Positions 53,351 to 62,906 are shown, counted from the first letter of the stretch. The stretch: 64,000 bases of DNA from a virus (IMGVR_UViG_3300017560_000002:3587-67586), one strand, 5' to 3'. Notes: generated from the sequence alone by a model not told the origin. Numbers and translations: made by a program.

Positions 53351-54740
53351 TGACGTCACGGTTAACGTAATCAGCACCCCGGACGTCAACGTTCAGGTCG
53401 TGGAATCTCCGTCTGGTCCGGTTGTCGTTATTCAGCGATCGTCGGGTGAAGGTAGTGACGGGACCAATGGCTGGACGCCGGTCTCGGCGATCGTGGCCGA
53501 TGGCGAGCGCCGGGTTCACCAGATTGTTGACTGGACCGGCGGCACCGGCCAGAAGCCGGCGAGCGGCTTGTACGTCGGCCCGACGGGTTTCACGTCACTG
53601 ATCGCGGAGGCCGTCGATATCCGAGGCGGCGTCGGCGCGACGGGGGCAACTGGAGCGGACGGGACGCCCGGTGCGGATGGCGCACCGGGAGCCGACGGGG
53701 AAGACGGTGCTCCCGGCCTTTCGGCGTATGAAATTGCCGTCGCCGACGGCTTTGTCGGCACGGAATCGCAGTGGCTCGACAGCCTGAAAGGTGATCCGGG
53801 CAACGATGGCGCTCCCGGAGCCGACGGCAATGACGGTGCGCCGGGAGCCGACGGGGAAGACGGTGCTCCGGGCGACGACGGTCTTTCGGCCTACGAGCTC
53901 GCCGTAGGCGAGGGCTTCGAGGGTACGCTCGAAGAGTGGCTGCTGAGTTTGATCGGTCCGCCGGGTGCCGATGGCGCGGACGGCGAGCAGGGTCCTCCGG
54001 GTGAAGACGGAGCAGACGGCGATCCGTTCTCGCCCGATCCTCTGCCCGACGCCGCGACGCTCGATGGCAGCGAGTTGTTCGCTCTGTCGCAGTCGAGCGC
54101 CAAGGTCAAGGCTCTACTGTCCGTGATCGCAGCGTTTATTCGCAGTGGAGCTTCCGCCAGCCCAGTTCTAATTCAAGACCCGTTAGGAGGTATCCCGTAT
54201 TTGCGACTTGACGCCGATAACACAATCGGCGGTTCAACGGGTATATTCGAGGCAACGCGATATTCTGCCGGATCGTCCGGAAGCGTATTTTTCGGGCGCA
54301 AGGCGCGCGGTACACGCGCCGCACCAGAAGCTGTTCAATCTGGCGACACACTGCTAGGTTTTCGCGGTTATGGTTACAACGGATCGGCTTTTGTTGGGGC
54401 GAACCTTGGCGTCGCATTTTTGCTTGAAGCATCCGAAACATGGGTAGTTTCCACAAATTACGGGACGCAAATTCGGTTTTTCACAACACCGAACGGAAGC
54501 GCGGCCAATGTAACAGAACGATTGCGCATCGCGAATGATGGCGCGCTGCAAATGGGCGGCGCAAACACCGTCATCGATGCGAACCGACATCACGTCTTGC
54601 GGTCCTACACCGTCGCGACGCTTCCTAGCGCCAATCCGGCGGGACAGATGATCTACGTCTCGGACGGCGCGAGCAACAAGCGTCTCGCTGTTTCTGATGG
54701 CACCGACTGGCGCTGGCCGGACGGTGCAGTCGTTTCCTGA
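53343..54740 (+). CDS. Collagen-like tail fibre
   Basis: Three G-X-Y runs separated by LSAYE.AV..GF.GT..W modules. Confidence 0.8.
   Translation: MTDDVTVNVISTPDVNVQVVESPSGPVVVIQRSSGEGSDGTNGWTPVSAIVADGERRVHQIVDWTGGTGQKPASGLYVGPTGFTSLIAEAVDIRGGVGATGATGADGTPGADGAPGADGEDGAPGLSAYEIAVADGFVGTESQWLDSLKGDPGNDGAPGADGNDGAPGADGEDGAPGDDGLSAYELAVGEGFEGTLEEWLLSLIGPPGADGADGEQGPPGEDGADGDPFSPDPLPDAATLDGSELFALSQSSAKVKALLSVIAAFIRSGASASPVLIQDPLGGIPYLRLDADNTIGGSTGIFEATRYSAGSSGSVFFGRKARGTRAAPEAVQSGDTLLGFRGYGYNGSAFVGANLGVAFLLEASETWVVSTNYGTQIRFFTTPNGSAANVTERLRIANDGALQMGGANTVIDANRHHVLRSYTVATLPSANPAGQMIYVSDGASNKRLAVSDGTDWRWPDGAVVS
53685..53869 (+). repeat. 29-bp direct repeat in the collagen region
   Basis: CCGGGAGCCGACGGGGAAGACGGTGCTCC at 53685-53713 and 53841-53869. 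Confidence 0.85.
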
Positions 54741-54754
54741 CAGGAGTAAATACG

Positions 54755-55066
54755 ATGGCAGTCTACGTCTATGAATTTCTCTATCGAGGCCGTGCACCGG
54801 GCGACGCGACGCCGCCCGCGTGGCACATCGCTCTGCGCAGCGCGACCACGGACGACTTTGGCCGCACAGTTCTTAGCGAGCCGCTGCTACTCAACATGAC
54901 GCAGGCGGCGCAGCAGGAGTGGGACCTGCCGGCAATCATTTCAGCAATCAACGCTGAAACGCTCGCCTTTGCAGAAGCTGAGACGGCGCGCGCCAATGCA
55001 GCGGAGCAGGCACTCGAGGACGCTCTCGCGCAGATTCAACCGCAGCCGCCTGCGCCGACCGAATAA
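54755..55066 (+). CDS. Hypothetical protein, possibly a fibre chaperone
   Basis: AGGAG RBS; follows the fibre gene. Confidence 0.6.
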   Translation: MAVYVYEFLYRGRAPGDATPPAWHIALRSATTDDFGRTVLSEPLLLNMTQAAQQEWDLPAIISAINAETLAFAEAETARANAAEQALEDALAQIQPQPPAPTE

Positions 55067-55093
55067 CCGCCCCGGCGGATGTAGGACTTCGTC

Positions 55094-55906
55094 ATGCCGC
55101 TCGCTTTTCCGTTCGATCGCGTCGTCAACATCAAGTGGGGCGGGTTCGGCCTGTCGTTTAACGCGTCCTTCTTGAAAATTTGGACGACGCCCGAGCAGTC
55201 TGAGCCGGGTGATCAAGATGTGAGCCTGTCCGGTCCTTTCGTCGGGGGCGGCATCATTGCCGGCATCAACGTCCCACACCCTACCAATCCCGATGGGTAT
55301 CTCGCAGAGAGCGGCGATACGGACGAGAATGAAACTCGGGAAGAAGGCGAGACGGAAGTTTGCGTGTCCCGCAATTACGAACTGTGGGCTGACCAATACG
55401 AATGGCGAGAGGACGGCCCGCCGTGGGGACCAGTCGAGGCGACGTGGAGGGTTACACCGATTGAAACTCAGGCGTTTGGAAACGCCGCAGCGGCGCAGGA
55501 CTGGGCGGATTCTTTCAACGATCCTTTGTTCACGCGCATTGCTCACTTTGCCGTTCCGCTTGAGTGCGTAGCGACCGAAGTGCGGCCGTGGCGGCAGACT
55601 ATCGTCAGTCGAAGTAACTACGTCAACATAAACGTAGGCGCGATCCGGACTTTGATGAAAGGCGACGACCCGAATGCCGAGACGCCGACGGTCGAGTTTG
55701 TTCTCGTCATTCCGGGATTCAGGAGCACTCGAACTAGCGGGTCGGCCGGTATTACGCTTACTGTTCCTTCGGACGACGAGGGCGGCACGTCGGAGCACAA
55801 GACCGAAGATGGTGGAATGCCTGACGTTGGTAATCAGGACTATCCGGCGCAGACCATCACGGTCACTGTCCATCCGGACAACACCATTGACGTTGAAGTA
55901 ACATAA
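55094..55906 (+). CDS. Acidic virion-associated hypothetical protein
   Basis: Operon position. Confidence 0.6.
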   Translation: MPLAFPFDRVVNIKWGGFGLSFNASFLKIWTTPEQSEPGDQDVSLSGPFVGGGIIAGINVPHPTNPDGYLAESGDTDENETREEGETEVCVSRNYELWADQYEWREDGPPWGPVEATWRVTPIETQAFGNAAAAQDWADSFNDPLFTRIAHFAVPLECVATEVRPWRQTIVSRSNYVNINVGAIRTLMKGDDPNAETPTVEFVLVIPGFRSTRTSGSAGITLTVPSDDEGGTSEHKTEDGGMPDVGNQDYPAQTITVTVHPDNTIDVEVT

Positions 55907-55920
55907 AGGGAGCAACCGAA

Positions 55921-56859
55921 ATGCGCATGTCAGAACGCGGACTGCTCGATCTCGTCGCCGACGAGGGCGAAGTGCTTACCGCTTACAAGGACGTAGTCGG
56001 CGTCTGGACGATCGGCGTCGGCCTCACTTCCGCGTCGGGCGTCATCAAGCCCGTGGCCGGCATGAAAATCGGCAAGGAAGAGAGCCGACGGTTGCTGCGG
56101 CTGGCGCTGGAGCGCAACTACGAGCCGACCGTAAGCAAGACGATGGGTCCGGTCAAACAGCACGTGTTTGACGGCTCGACGTCGTTTCACTTCAACACGG
56201 GTGCCATCGCCCGCGCCTCTTGGGTGTCCAAATTCAAGGCCGGGGCGATGGCCGCCGCCCGTACCTCCTTTCTGTCGTGGAACAAGGGGGGCGGACGCAT
56301 AATTCGAGGGCTCGAGCTCCGTCGCCAGCGTGAATGGGCGACGATCAGCACCGGCAAGTACCACACCGGTCCCGCCGTGGTCCCGACGGCACCCGCGTCG
56401 CCCGCCCAAATTGACGCGGCCGTGGAGCGGTCCGTCATGAAGCAAGGGGACCGGGGACCCGACGTCCTCAAGCTCCAGAACAACCTGTCCACACTCGGAT
56501 ACTACACCGGACCGAAGGACGGGGATTTCGGACCCTTGACGGACGGAGCCGTCCGTGCTTTCCAGAAGTCGCACCCGCATCTGGTCGCCGATGGGAGAGC
56601 CGGCACCGCGACGCTGACGACGATCCAGCGCATGCTGGACGTCAAGGCGAAGGCGGTAAAGACCAGCGGCGGGGGCACAGCCGGTACGGCTGCGGGCGGC
56701 ATCATCAACGAAGCCGCCAAAGAGCAGGGTTTCTTCATGTTCTCCACCCTCGACGTTGTCCTCGTCATCGCCGTCGTTTCAATCGCGCTGCTCGTGTTCC
56801 TCGCGTGGAACTACCGCGACGAAATCTCGGCTATGATTTCGAAGAAAGAAGGCCGGTAA
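55921..56859 (+). CDS. Endolysin: GH24 lysozyme, peptidoglycan-binding domain and C-terminal TM helix
   Basis: E-X8-D-X5-T (EGEVLTAYKDVVGVWT); G..V..LQ..L..LGY..DG.FG..T..AV..FQ. Confidence 0.9.
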   Translation: MRMSERGLLDLVADEGEVLTAYKDVVGVWTIGVGLTSASGVIKPVAGMKIGKEESRRLLRLALERNYEPTVSKTMGPVKQHVFDGSTSFHFNTGAIARASWVSKFKAGAMAAARTSFLSWNKGGGRIIRGLELRRQREWATISTGKYHTGPAVVPTAPASPAQIDAAVERSVMKQGDRGPDVLKLQNNLSTLGYYTGPKDGDFGPLTDGAVRAFQKSHPHLVADGRAGTATLTTIQRMLDVKAKAVKTSGGGTAGTAAGGIINEAAKEQGFFMFSTLDVVLVIAVVSIALLVFLAWNYRDEISAMISKKEGR

Positions 56860-57248
56860 TGCAGGCGCTTCGAGTTATCGTCACGTCGGGCCTGATCGTC
56901 ACCCTGTTTTTGATTTACTGGCTGGTGATCAGGCCGCGCCTACAGGCGCGATTTACCGATCTGTACGCGCACGTCGGCGGGTTCTGGGCGCGAACTTGGG
57001 CTCGCATCGTCGCATTTCAGACTTTCGTGCTGGGTTCGATCGGGCTGATACTGCCCGAAGTCGTGACGCTTATCACGCCCTACATGCACGACGATCTCGA
57101 CTTCCTGCCCGACGGCTGGAAGGGCGTATTCCGCGCCGCGATCATTTTGCTGATCATCTGGGCGCGGGCTCGAGCAACCACTCCGGGCGAAGAGCCGCCC
57201 GCTCCACTCGACACCGGGCGAACTCCCGACGACGGCGACTGCAACTAG
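56859..57248 (+). CDS. Multi-TM lysis-cassette protein (holin candidate)
   Basis: Three hydrophobic segments; ATG 56859. Confidence 0.55.
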   Translation: MQALRVIVTSGLIVTLFLIYWLVIRPRLQARFTDLYAHVGGFWARTWARIVAFQTFVLGSIGLILPEVVTLITPYMHDDLDFLPDGWKGVFRAAIILLIIWARARATTPGEEPPAPLDTGRTPDDGDCN

Positions 57249-57260
57249 CGGAGACGTGAC

Positions 57261-57752
57261 ATGCTGGCCGCAATCCTTCAAGCCGTAGGCGGATCGCTTA
57301 TCGGGCGAATCTTCGGTAGCGTCGAGACGATCATGCAGGCGTACTTCAACAAGGAGATCAGCGCCGCCGAAGCCCAGTCCCGCCTGCTGCAGTCGTTGAT
57401 CGGCGGCGCAGCCGAAGTCGAAAAGGCCCAAGCCGACAGCCTCGCGAAGACGTACGATTCCTTCATGCAGCACGGCATGAAGTATCAGGAAGTCCGCGCG
57501 CTATGGGTGGCCGTCACCGGATCGCAGCTGCTCGTGCTGCTCTGGCATCAGGTCGGAATTCCGTTCGTGGTGTTTATGGCTTGGACCGGCAGAGACGTCG
57601 CCGGACGGGTCATACAGTTTCCGTCGAGCGGAAATACAGTGGAATGGGCGTACGCGCTGCTTGCCGCGTGTCTCGGCTTTGGCGTGATGATGCAGCGCAG
57701 TGGTCCGGGCGCGGGTTATTTGGACCGGTTTAAGGCGCTCATTGGCAAATAA
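57261..57752 (+). CDS. Holin-like membrane protein
   Basis: N-terminal amphipathic region followed by two TM helices. Confidence 0.55.
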   Translation: MLAAILQAVGGSLIGRIFGSVETIMQAYFNKEISAAEAQSRLLQSLIGGAAEVEKAQADSLAKTYDSFMQHGMKYQEVRALWVAVTGSQLLVLLWHQVGIPFVVFMAWTGRDVAGRVIQFPSSGNTVEWAYALLAACLGFGVMMQRSGPGAGYLDRFKALIGK

Positions 57753-57761
57753 GGGGGCGCA

Positions 57762-58016
57762 ATGGTCGACCAGCAAAATCCGCACATAGGCCCGCCCGAG
57801 CCGCCGCCGCCCGAACTTCGACCTTTTAGTGGTAGGGACTTCGAGGATATCGAAAGGAGAAAGATACGGCGCTTGCTGCACAATCAGGAACGAATGGAGT
57901 GGTTGTGGACCACGCTGCGCGTCTGGCTGGGCTGGGCAGCCGCCACGGCCACCTTTCTATACATGATGGGGGAACACCTGATCCGGGGCATCAAGGCAGT
58001 CATTTTCAAGGGGTAA
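57762..58016 (+). CDS. Small membrane protein
   Basis: C-terminal TM helix; GGGGG RBS. Confidence 0.55.
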   Translation: MVDQQNPHIGPPEPPPPELRPFSGRDFEDIERRKIRRLLHNQERMEWLWTTLRVWLGWAAATATFLYMMGEHLIRGIKAVIFKG

Positions 58017-58022
58017 ACCACA

Positions 58023-58577
58023 ATGGTCGGTAGACAGCACGCATACGCCGCCGCAACTACGATCGCACTCGGCATTGTCGCGGCCTTCGCTATAGCCTAC
58101 GACAGGAGGCCGCCGCTCGACATCACGTCGGTCGTCATCACGCCGATAAACGCGGACGCGGGCGACTGGATCACCGTACGAAAGACGGTGACGTGGCGGC
58201 GTCGGTGCGTGGGTGAAGTCTACCGGCAGATCGTCGGAGCCGACCGGGAAGTGCGGGTATACACGAGGGAGTGGATCGGCCCGCCCTACCGGCCGGGCGA
58301 CACGATCGAGAGCAACCGGGTGCAGCTGTCGATCGGTCTGCCGTCGGGTGAAGCGATTTACCGGTCTGCCGTCATTTTCAGGAATTGCGGGTTCACGTCT
58401 CGCTGGTGGACGATCGACGTAATCAGCCCTGAAATCCCGATCGTTATTCAGGCGATCGACCTGACGCGCCGAAACCAAAACGGTGAAATCCTACAGAGGC
58501 CCAGCCGCAACTCGCCGTTTGAGCCGAGTTTAAAGCGGCTGATGCGTCTGGGCTTTCTGCCGGCCGTTCTCAACTAG
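58023..58577 (+). CDS. Membrane-anchored periplasmic protein of the lysis cassette
   Basis: N-terminal TM helix followed by a beta domain with two Cys. Confidence 0.55.
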   Translation: MVGRQHAYAAATTIALGIVAAFAIAYDRRPPLDITSVVITPINADAGDWITVRKTVTWRRRCVGEVYRQIVGADREVRVYTREWIGPPYRPGDTIESNRVQLSIGLPSGEAIYRSAVIFRNCGFTSRWWTIDVISPEIPIVIQAIDLTRRNQNGEILQRPSRNSPFEPSLKRLMRLGFLPAVLN

Positions 58578-58855
58578 TTGGCGGTCTTCATCCGCTCCCG
58601 GCGGCTGTTTTCTCTGTCGACGGCGTCAAAAATGTCGTCGACGAGGATCATCGGGAGCGTTCCGACAAGAGCTTGGCGCTCGTGCTCCGACTGAACGAAA
58701 TCGCTCAACAGTCGGTTTCCTTTGATGTCGGTTTGTTTGGCTCGAGCAATTATGTCGGCGAGCGTCAGTACGCGCCCATAGGAGATTTCGTGCTTTTGGG
58801 CGATGTAAAGAAAAGGATACCCGACGCTGTCGGGTGCGATCGTTGGTGAATTCAC
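58574..58855 (-). CDS. Hypothetical protein
   Basis: GTG start overlapping the upstream stop. Confidence 0.5.
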   Translation of the reverse strand: MNSPTIAPDSVGYPFLYIAQKHEISYGRVLTLADIIARAKQTDIKGNRLLSDFVQSEHERQALVGTLPMILVDDIFDAVDRENSRRERMKTAN

Positions 58856-59337
58856 GACGGTGGTCCTTTCGGAATTGGTTCCGGCTCCAGATGGGGGACG
58901 CCAAGAGTGACGGCGTCGAGCAAAGTACGAGCGCGGCTGGCCGTCAAGATGGGCCGGTTGTGCTGCATCAGGACGGAATTCTTGGTGCAGACCATCCAGA
59001 CGTAGCCTGCCCCGTTCTTGTAGCGGTAGATGGATAGCAGGCGCTCGTGGCCGGCGACCAGCAGGACCGGGTCCTTTTCCAGATGCGTTTCGAGCGCCTG
59101 CGTGGCCTCTTCCGGTGTCATCGCCGGACCCGCCGGCCCGACGTAGCTGGTCATCATGACGCCAATCCGAGAGGCCATGTCGTACTCGACGGAGCCTATG
59201 GGACATTCCGCCCGCATTCCGGCGACGAGCGCGCCGAGCAGACGGACGTATGACGACTGGCGCTGGAGCGCCCCGGTCAGTTCCCGGCGGGTGGTCATCG
59301 ACGGAATCGCGAGGGGTGACGATAGTGGCTTGGGCAT
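58852..59337 (-). CDS. Hypothetical protein
   Basis: ATG 59337 preceded by GGAGAG. Confidence 0.55.
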   Translation of the reverse strand: MPKPLSSPLAIPSMTTRRELTGALQRQSSYVRLLGALVAGMRAECPIGSVEYDMASRIGVMMTSYVGPAGPAMTPEEATQALETHLEKDPVLLVAGHERLLSIYRYKNGAGYVWMVCTKNSVLMQHNRPILTASRARTLLDAVTLGVPHLEPEPIPKGPPS

Positions 59338-59408
59338 CGGGCTCTCCGGTTGAGGTAGGGGCGTCGCGGGTACTGATATAGCGGGCGGGTCCGTCCGGGC
59401 GGCTCCCG

Positions 59409-59852
59409 TCAATCCGGGATCGGGCGCGGCGGGGTGTCGAGGGGCTGCATCGGGTCCTCGTCGATGTCGTCCGTCGGACCCAGCCGCGTCATCGGCTGGC
59501 CGTCGGCGCGGCGATCCGGCGGCGGAGGGGGCGAGGCGGTACGCGCGGGAGGTTCCCCGGTAATCACCGAAGACAACGTCGGCGGCGACAGAGTTTCGGC
59601 GATCTCGGAATTCACGGCCTGAATTCCCTCCGATATGATCCCGTGGAATGTCAGGGCGCGCTGTACCGCCGTCGATTGCTGTCGGAACCGGGCGACGCAC
59701 TCGTCCTTGCCGCGCTCGATCGCGGCGATCGTCTCGTCGATCTGGTCGCGGAGCTCCGTCAGCTTGCCGACTGTAAACCGGGATTGCTGGAGGGTCAGTT
59801 CCTCCATCCGCTCGAGCGCGATTTGACTGGTGGATTTGCCCTGATCGGTCAC
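59409..59852 (-). CDS. Coiled-coil protein with a Pro-rich tail
   Basis: AGGAGA RBS. Confidence 0.6.
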   Translation of the reverse strand: MTDQGKSTSQIALERMEELTLQQSRFTVGKLTELRDQIDETIAAIERGKDECVARFRQQSTAVQRALTFHGIISEGIQAVNSEIAETLSPPTLSSVITGEPPARTASPPPPPDRRADGQPMTRLGPTDDIDEDPMQPLDTPPRPIPD

Positions 59853-60238
59853 TGTGTTTCTCCTGTTGGTGATTTTGTTTCGTTCGGCGCTCGAGCGGAA
59901 AACCGCCCGGTCACGGCACCCTTATAGGGAGCACCGTAAACCCGCCCGAACCACCCGAGTTCGTACAGTTTGTCGAGCGCGTCGGCGGGCGAACCCGGAA
60001 TGTTCTGCATGTTCGGTTCCGATCGGGCGACGAGGCGTCCAGTCGGTGAAATTTCGGCGTCTTCATTCAGCCGCGACACTAGCACGCGCGCCATGTAGTA
60101 GTACAGCGAACTTTCGTGCTGGTACGTCGAAGCTATCGCCGGCCACCCTAGGTCCCGGAAAGCGACGGATTGCAGGAACTTGGTTTCGGCCAACTCCTGC
60201 ATCGACACGGCGTACCGCAGTTTGTCTTCGCGCGTCAT
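59849..60238 (-). CDS. 129-aa protein carrying two PolA-like TGR..S..PN motifs
   Basis: SPTGRLVARSEPNMQNIP and GAVTGRFSARAPN; ATG 60238. Confidence 0.6.
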   Translation of the reverse strand: MTREDKLRYAVSMQELAETKFLQSVAFRDLGWPAIASTYQHESSLYYYMARVLVSRLNEDAEISPTGRLVARSEPNMQNIPGSPADALDKLYELGWFGRVYGAPYKGAVTGRFSARAPNETKSPTGETQ

Positions 60239-60519
60239 TACCGGCCTCTCTTTCGCTCTCGATAAAACACGTGCACCAGTGCTGCGCCGGGGTCCTGCAC
60301 CGTCAGGTGCTGGCGCTTGTCGGATCGGTAGACGAAGAACTCGTCCTCCTGTCCGGACTGTGAATTCAACTGAAACCGGGCGACTTCGTAAGGATGCCCG
60401 GAATCGCTGCGCGTGCAATCGTTCCAGCCGCGCCTGACCATAAAGGCCCTGAAATCATCCAGATGTGACGGATGGAGCGTCGCGCGATCGCGCCGCCCGG
60501 ATCGCGGGCCTCTGGTCAT
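60238..60519 (-). CDS. Hypothetical protein
   Basis: Operon packing. Confidence 0.55.
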   Translation of the reverse strand: MTRGPRSGRRDRATLHPSHLDDFRAFMVRRGWNDCTRSDSGHPYEVARFQLNSQSGQEDEFFVYRSDKRQHLTVQDPGAALVHVFYRERKRGR

Positions 60520-60755
60520 TGGATCGCCCCGGCTCGCCGTAAGGCGTCGAGGACATGCGGTTCGATCCGGGCCTTGACGGACGGCGACACTCGCTGGCGC
60601 TTGGCTGCCGTCAGGAGCGACGACAGCTGCTTGTTGTGTACTACTGCGATGTAGGACTTTCCCCATTTAAACATGGTGGACGGCCACTGGACCAGCCACG
60701 TCTGCGGCGTGGTCCACTTTTCGGAGATCAGCCTCGCCGCCGGCTTCTTCCTCAT
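60516..60755 (-). CDS. Basic hypothetical protein
   Basis: Operon packing. Confidence 0.55.
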   Translation of the reverse strand: MRKKPAARLISEKWTTPQTWLVQWPSTMFKWGKSYIAVVHNKQLSSLLTAAKRQRVSPSVKARIEPHVLDALRRAGAIQ

Positions 60756-62326
60756 TTCACGCCCTCGACGTTGTTGATCATAACCAGCGAGCCCTGCGAG
60801 CGCGTGACCGCGACGTAAATCAGGTTCTGCTCCTGCACCTTCTGCCATGCCTGCCGAGCCCACGGCGACGGCATATAGTCGTTACGGCCGAGAATGAAGA
60901 CGCGCTCCCACTCCCGACCCTTCGACTTGTGGACGGTCGACAGGGTCAGCGTCGGACGGGTTTCCTTGTCGCCGTCGGTGAACATCGCGGCGATCCGGTT
61001 GCGCAGTTCCTCGACCGACGAAGCCGGCGGCTGGCTGTCCATGATCACGAAGATCGTGTCGACCCGATCAGAGACGGCTTCGGCTTGAGTTTCCTTGCCC
61101 TTCGCCGTCAGCTTGGCGCACTCGACCTGCCGGTAATGCTCGAGCCGGTCCCGCAGTTCGTCCATATCCCGGACCTTCCAGCGGTTGACGAGGCGCAGCA
61201 AGCCGGCACCGATCTCGCGGCCTTCGACGTGGCAGGCGACGCCTTGCTTAATCAGGCTGTAGGCCAGCGACACCAGCGGCTTGGTCTTGCGGCACAGGAT
61301 GGCATCCGACGCTTTCAGGGTCTGAACGCTGTCCTTCTGCAGGAAGTCCTCGAAGTTGATTTCACCGACTTCACCCTGCGGCGCGGTTTCATGGGCCTGA
61401 ATGTGGTTGACGACTTCCTGCGCCACGGCGACGACCGACTTGGGGCAGCGATAGGTAATGGTCAGGGGCAGCGTGACGCAGCTGAATTCCCGGCTGATCT
61501 TGTCGATCGCGTCGTTGTCCGCGCCGGTAAAGCCGTAGATCGCCTGATGACGGTCGCCGACCCACACCGAGCGGCCGTTGCGCTTGAGCATCTTACGCGC
61601 CAGCGCGCGACGGGCCGGGTTGGTGTCCTGCGCCTCGTCGATGAAAACCCAGTCATTCTCCCAAACCCGAATGCCGGACACGACGGGCAGATAAATCATG
61701 TCGTCGAAGTCCACGACCTTCGGCCCAAGCTGGCGGTGATATTTCAGGGTCCGGATAGCGAGTTCGATACCGGCCTCGACCGTGACTTCCTGACCCTCGA
61801 CGGCGGCGAGTTCGTTCTCTTCCGGCTCGTCGGCCTCGAGCTCGTAGGCCATGTCGAAGTGGTCGACGATGTCGTGCCACAGCGAGCGGTCCTCGATCGA
61901 GCCGAACAGGCCGATGGCGCGCTGCTTGGCAAGCGACACCAGCTTGAGGGTGAAGCCGTCAAGGCGCTCCGGTGAATTCACCTTACGGAAGTTGGCGACG
62001 GTCATGTCGCGCTTGAGATCGGCGTCGACCTTGACGTTCGGATAAGCCTGCCGCCACGCGTTGAGGCCGAACGAATGAAACGTGCCGATGCGGACGCGGT
62101 TGCCGAAGCCCAGCTTCGCGACTTTCGCCTTGATCTCGTCGGCGATCTTCTTGTTGTATGCGGCGAAGGCGACAGTGCCGTCCGTGTGCTTAAGGGCCTC
62201 GACCAGCGTAGTGGTCTTGCCGGCACCGGCAACGGCCTCGACGAACGCCGACCCGTGACCGGTCTTAACCCAGTCGATGACGGCGGCTTGCTGGACGGAC
62301 GGAACGAAAGGCTTCGGGGAATTCAT
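60752..62326 (-). CDS. SF1 (UvrD/Rep-like) helicase
   Basis: AVAGAGKTT, IDEAQD, VGDRHQAIYGFTGA, YRCP, STVHKSKGREW, YVAVTR. Confidence 0.92.
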   Translation of the reverse strand: MNSPKPFVPSVQQAAVIDWVKTGHGSAFVEAVAGAGKTTTLVEALKHTDGTVAFAAYNKKIADEIKAKVAKLGFGNRVRIGTFHSFGLNAWRQAYPNVKVDADLKRDMTVANFRKVNSPERLDGFTLKLVSLAKQRAIGLFGSIEDRSLWHDIVDHFDMAYELEADEPEENELAAVEGQEVTVEAGIELAIRTLKYHRQLGPKVVDFDDMIYLPVVSGIRVWENDWVFIDEAQDTNPARRALARKMLKRNGRSVWVGDRHQAIYGFTGADNDAIDKISREFSCVTLPLTITYRCPKSVVAVAQEVVNHIQAHETAPQGEVGEINFEDFLQKDSVQTLKASDAILCRKTKPLVSLAYSLIKQGVACHVEGREIGAGLLRLVNRWKVRDMDELRDRLEHYRQVECAKLTAKGKETQAEAVSDRVDTIFVIMDSQPPASSVEELRNRIAAMFTDGDKETRPTLTLSTVHKSKGREWERVFILGRNDYMPSPWARQAWQKVQEQNLIYVAVTRSQGSLVMINNVEGVK

Positions 62327-62351
62327 GGCAGGTCTCCTATGTCGAATGTGG

Positions 62352-62380
62352 AGTAAAACACGCCGCCGGCCGGCGGGCAA
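62352..62380 (-). promoter_or_regulatory. sigma70-like extended -10 promoter
   Basis: TTGCCC-N17-TTTACT. Confidence 0.6.
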
Positions 62381-62410
62381 TAGGCACGGAGGGAATTCCG
62401 CGCCGCATGG

Positions 62411-62425
62411 TTAACGACGAGTTAA
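62411..62425. promoter_or_regulatory. CtrA-type box
   Basis: TTAA-CGACGAG-TTAA(C). Confidence 0.75.
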
Positions 62426-62691
62426 CCGGCCATCAGTTCGACTTCGTCGATCTTCCATTCGAACCAGTCCTCGTCACAGATGTTCGCGCCGACGCACGTT
62501 TCCTCGAAGGAAGTCAGTGTAAAGTCGGCGTCGCAATCGCTGATCAGATCGGCGTGGTCGTTGGCGAGCCGGGCATGGTCCCGACGGATTTCCGCATGCG
62601 CGGAGGCCAGCGTGGTGAAAACCATCGACAGAACGCGATGACTTTCCTCACCGTCGAGGCAATCGATACGAGTGATGACGAAAATGCGCAT
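62422..62691 (-). CDS. Acidic hypothetical protein
   Basis: GGGAGGG RBS. Confidence 0.6.
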   Translation of the reverse strand: MRIFVITRIDCLDGEESHRVLSMVFTTLASAHAEIRRDHARLANDHADLISDCDADFTLTSFEETCVGANICDEDWFEWKIDEVELMAG

Positions 62692-62702
62692 TGCGCCCTC
62701 CC

Positions 62703-62882
62703 CTAGACCGCGACCGAACGGCGGATCGAGCGCGCCACGAAATCGGCGCGGGCGGCATTCGCCTTCGCGACGCGACGGCGGCGGGCCTTTTCGGCAACCT
62801 TCGCGACCGTAGCGTCAACGCCGTGCTTAGCAACGGCGGCGTAGAAAGCGTCGAGGCGAGGGGTCTTGGACTTGGCAGTCAT
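62703..62882 (-). CDS. 59-aa basic protein (not in the ORF track)
   Basis: MTAKSKTPRLDAFYAAVAKHGV...; leader and promoter upstream. Confidence 0.6.
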   Translation of the reverse strand: MTAKSKTPRLDAFYAAVAKHGVDATVAKVAEKARRRRVAKANAARADFVARSIRRSVAV

Positions 62883-62906
62883 ATCGGTCTCCTATGTCGT
62901 GCAGAC

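Noticed and set aside
49284-55906. Diversity-generating retroelement acting on the fibre genes
   Set aside because: No reverse transcriptase and no TR/VR pair differing at adenines was seen in the window
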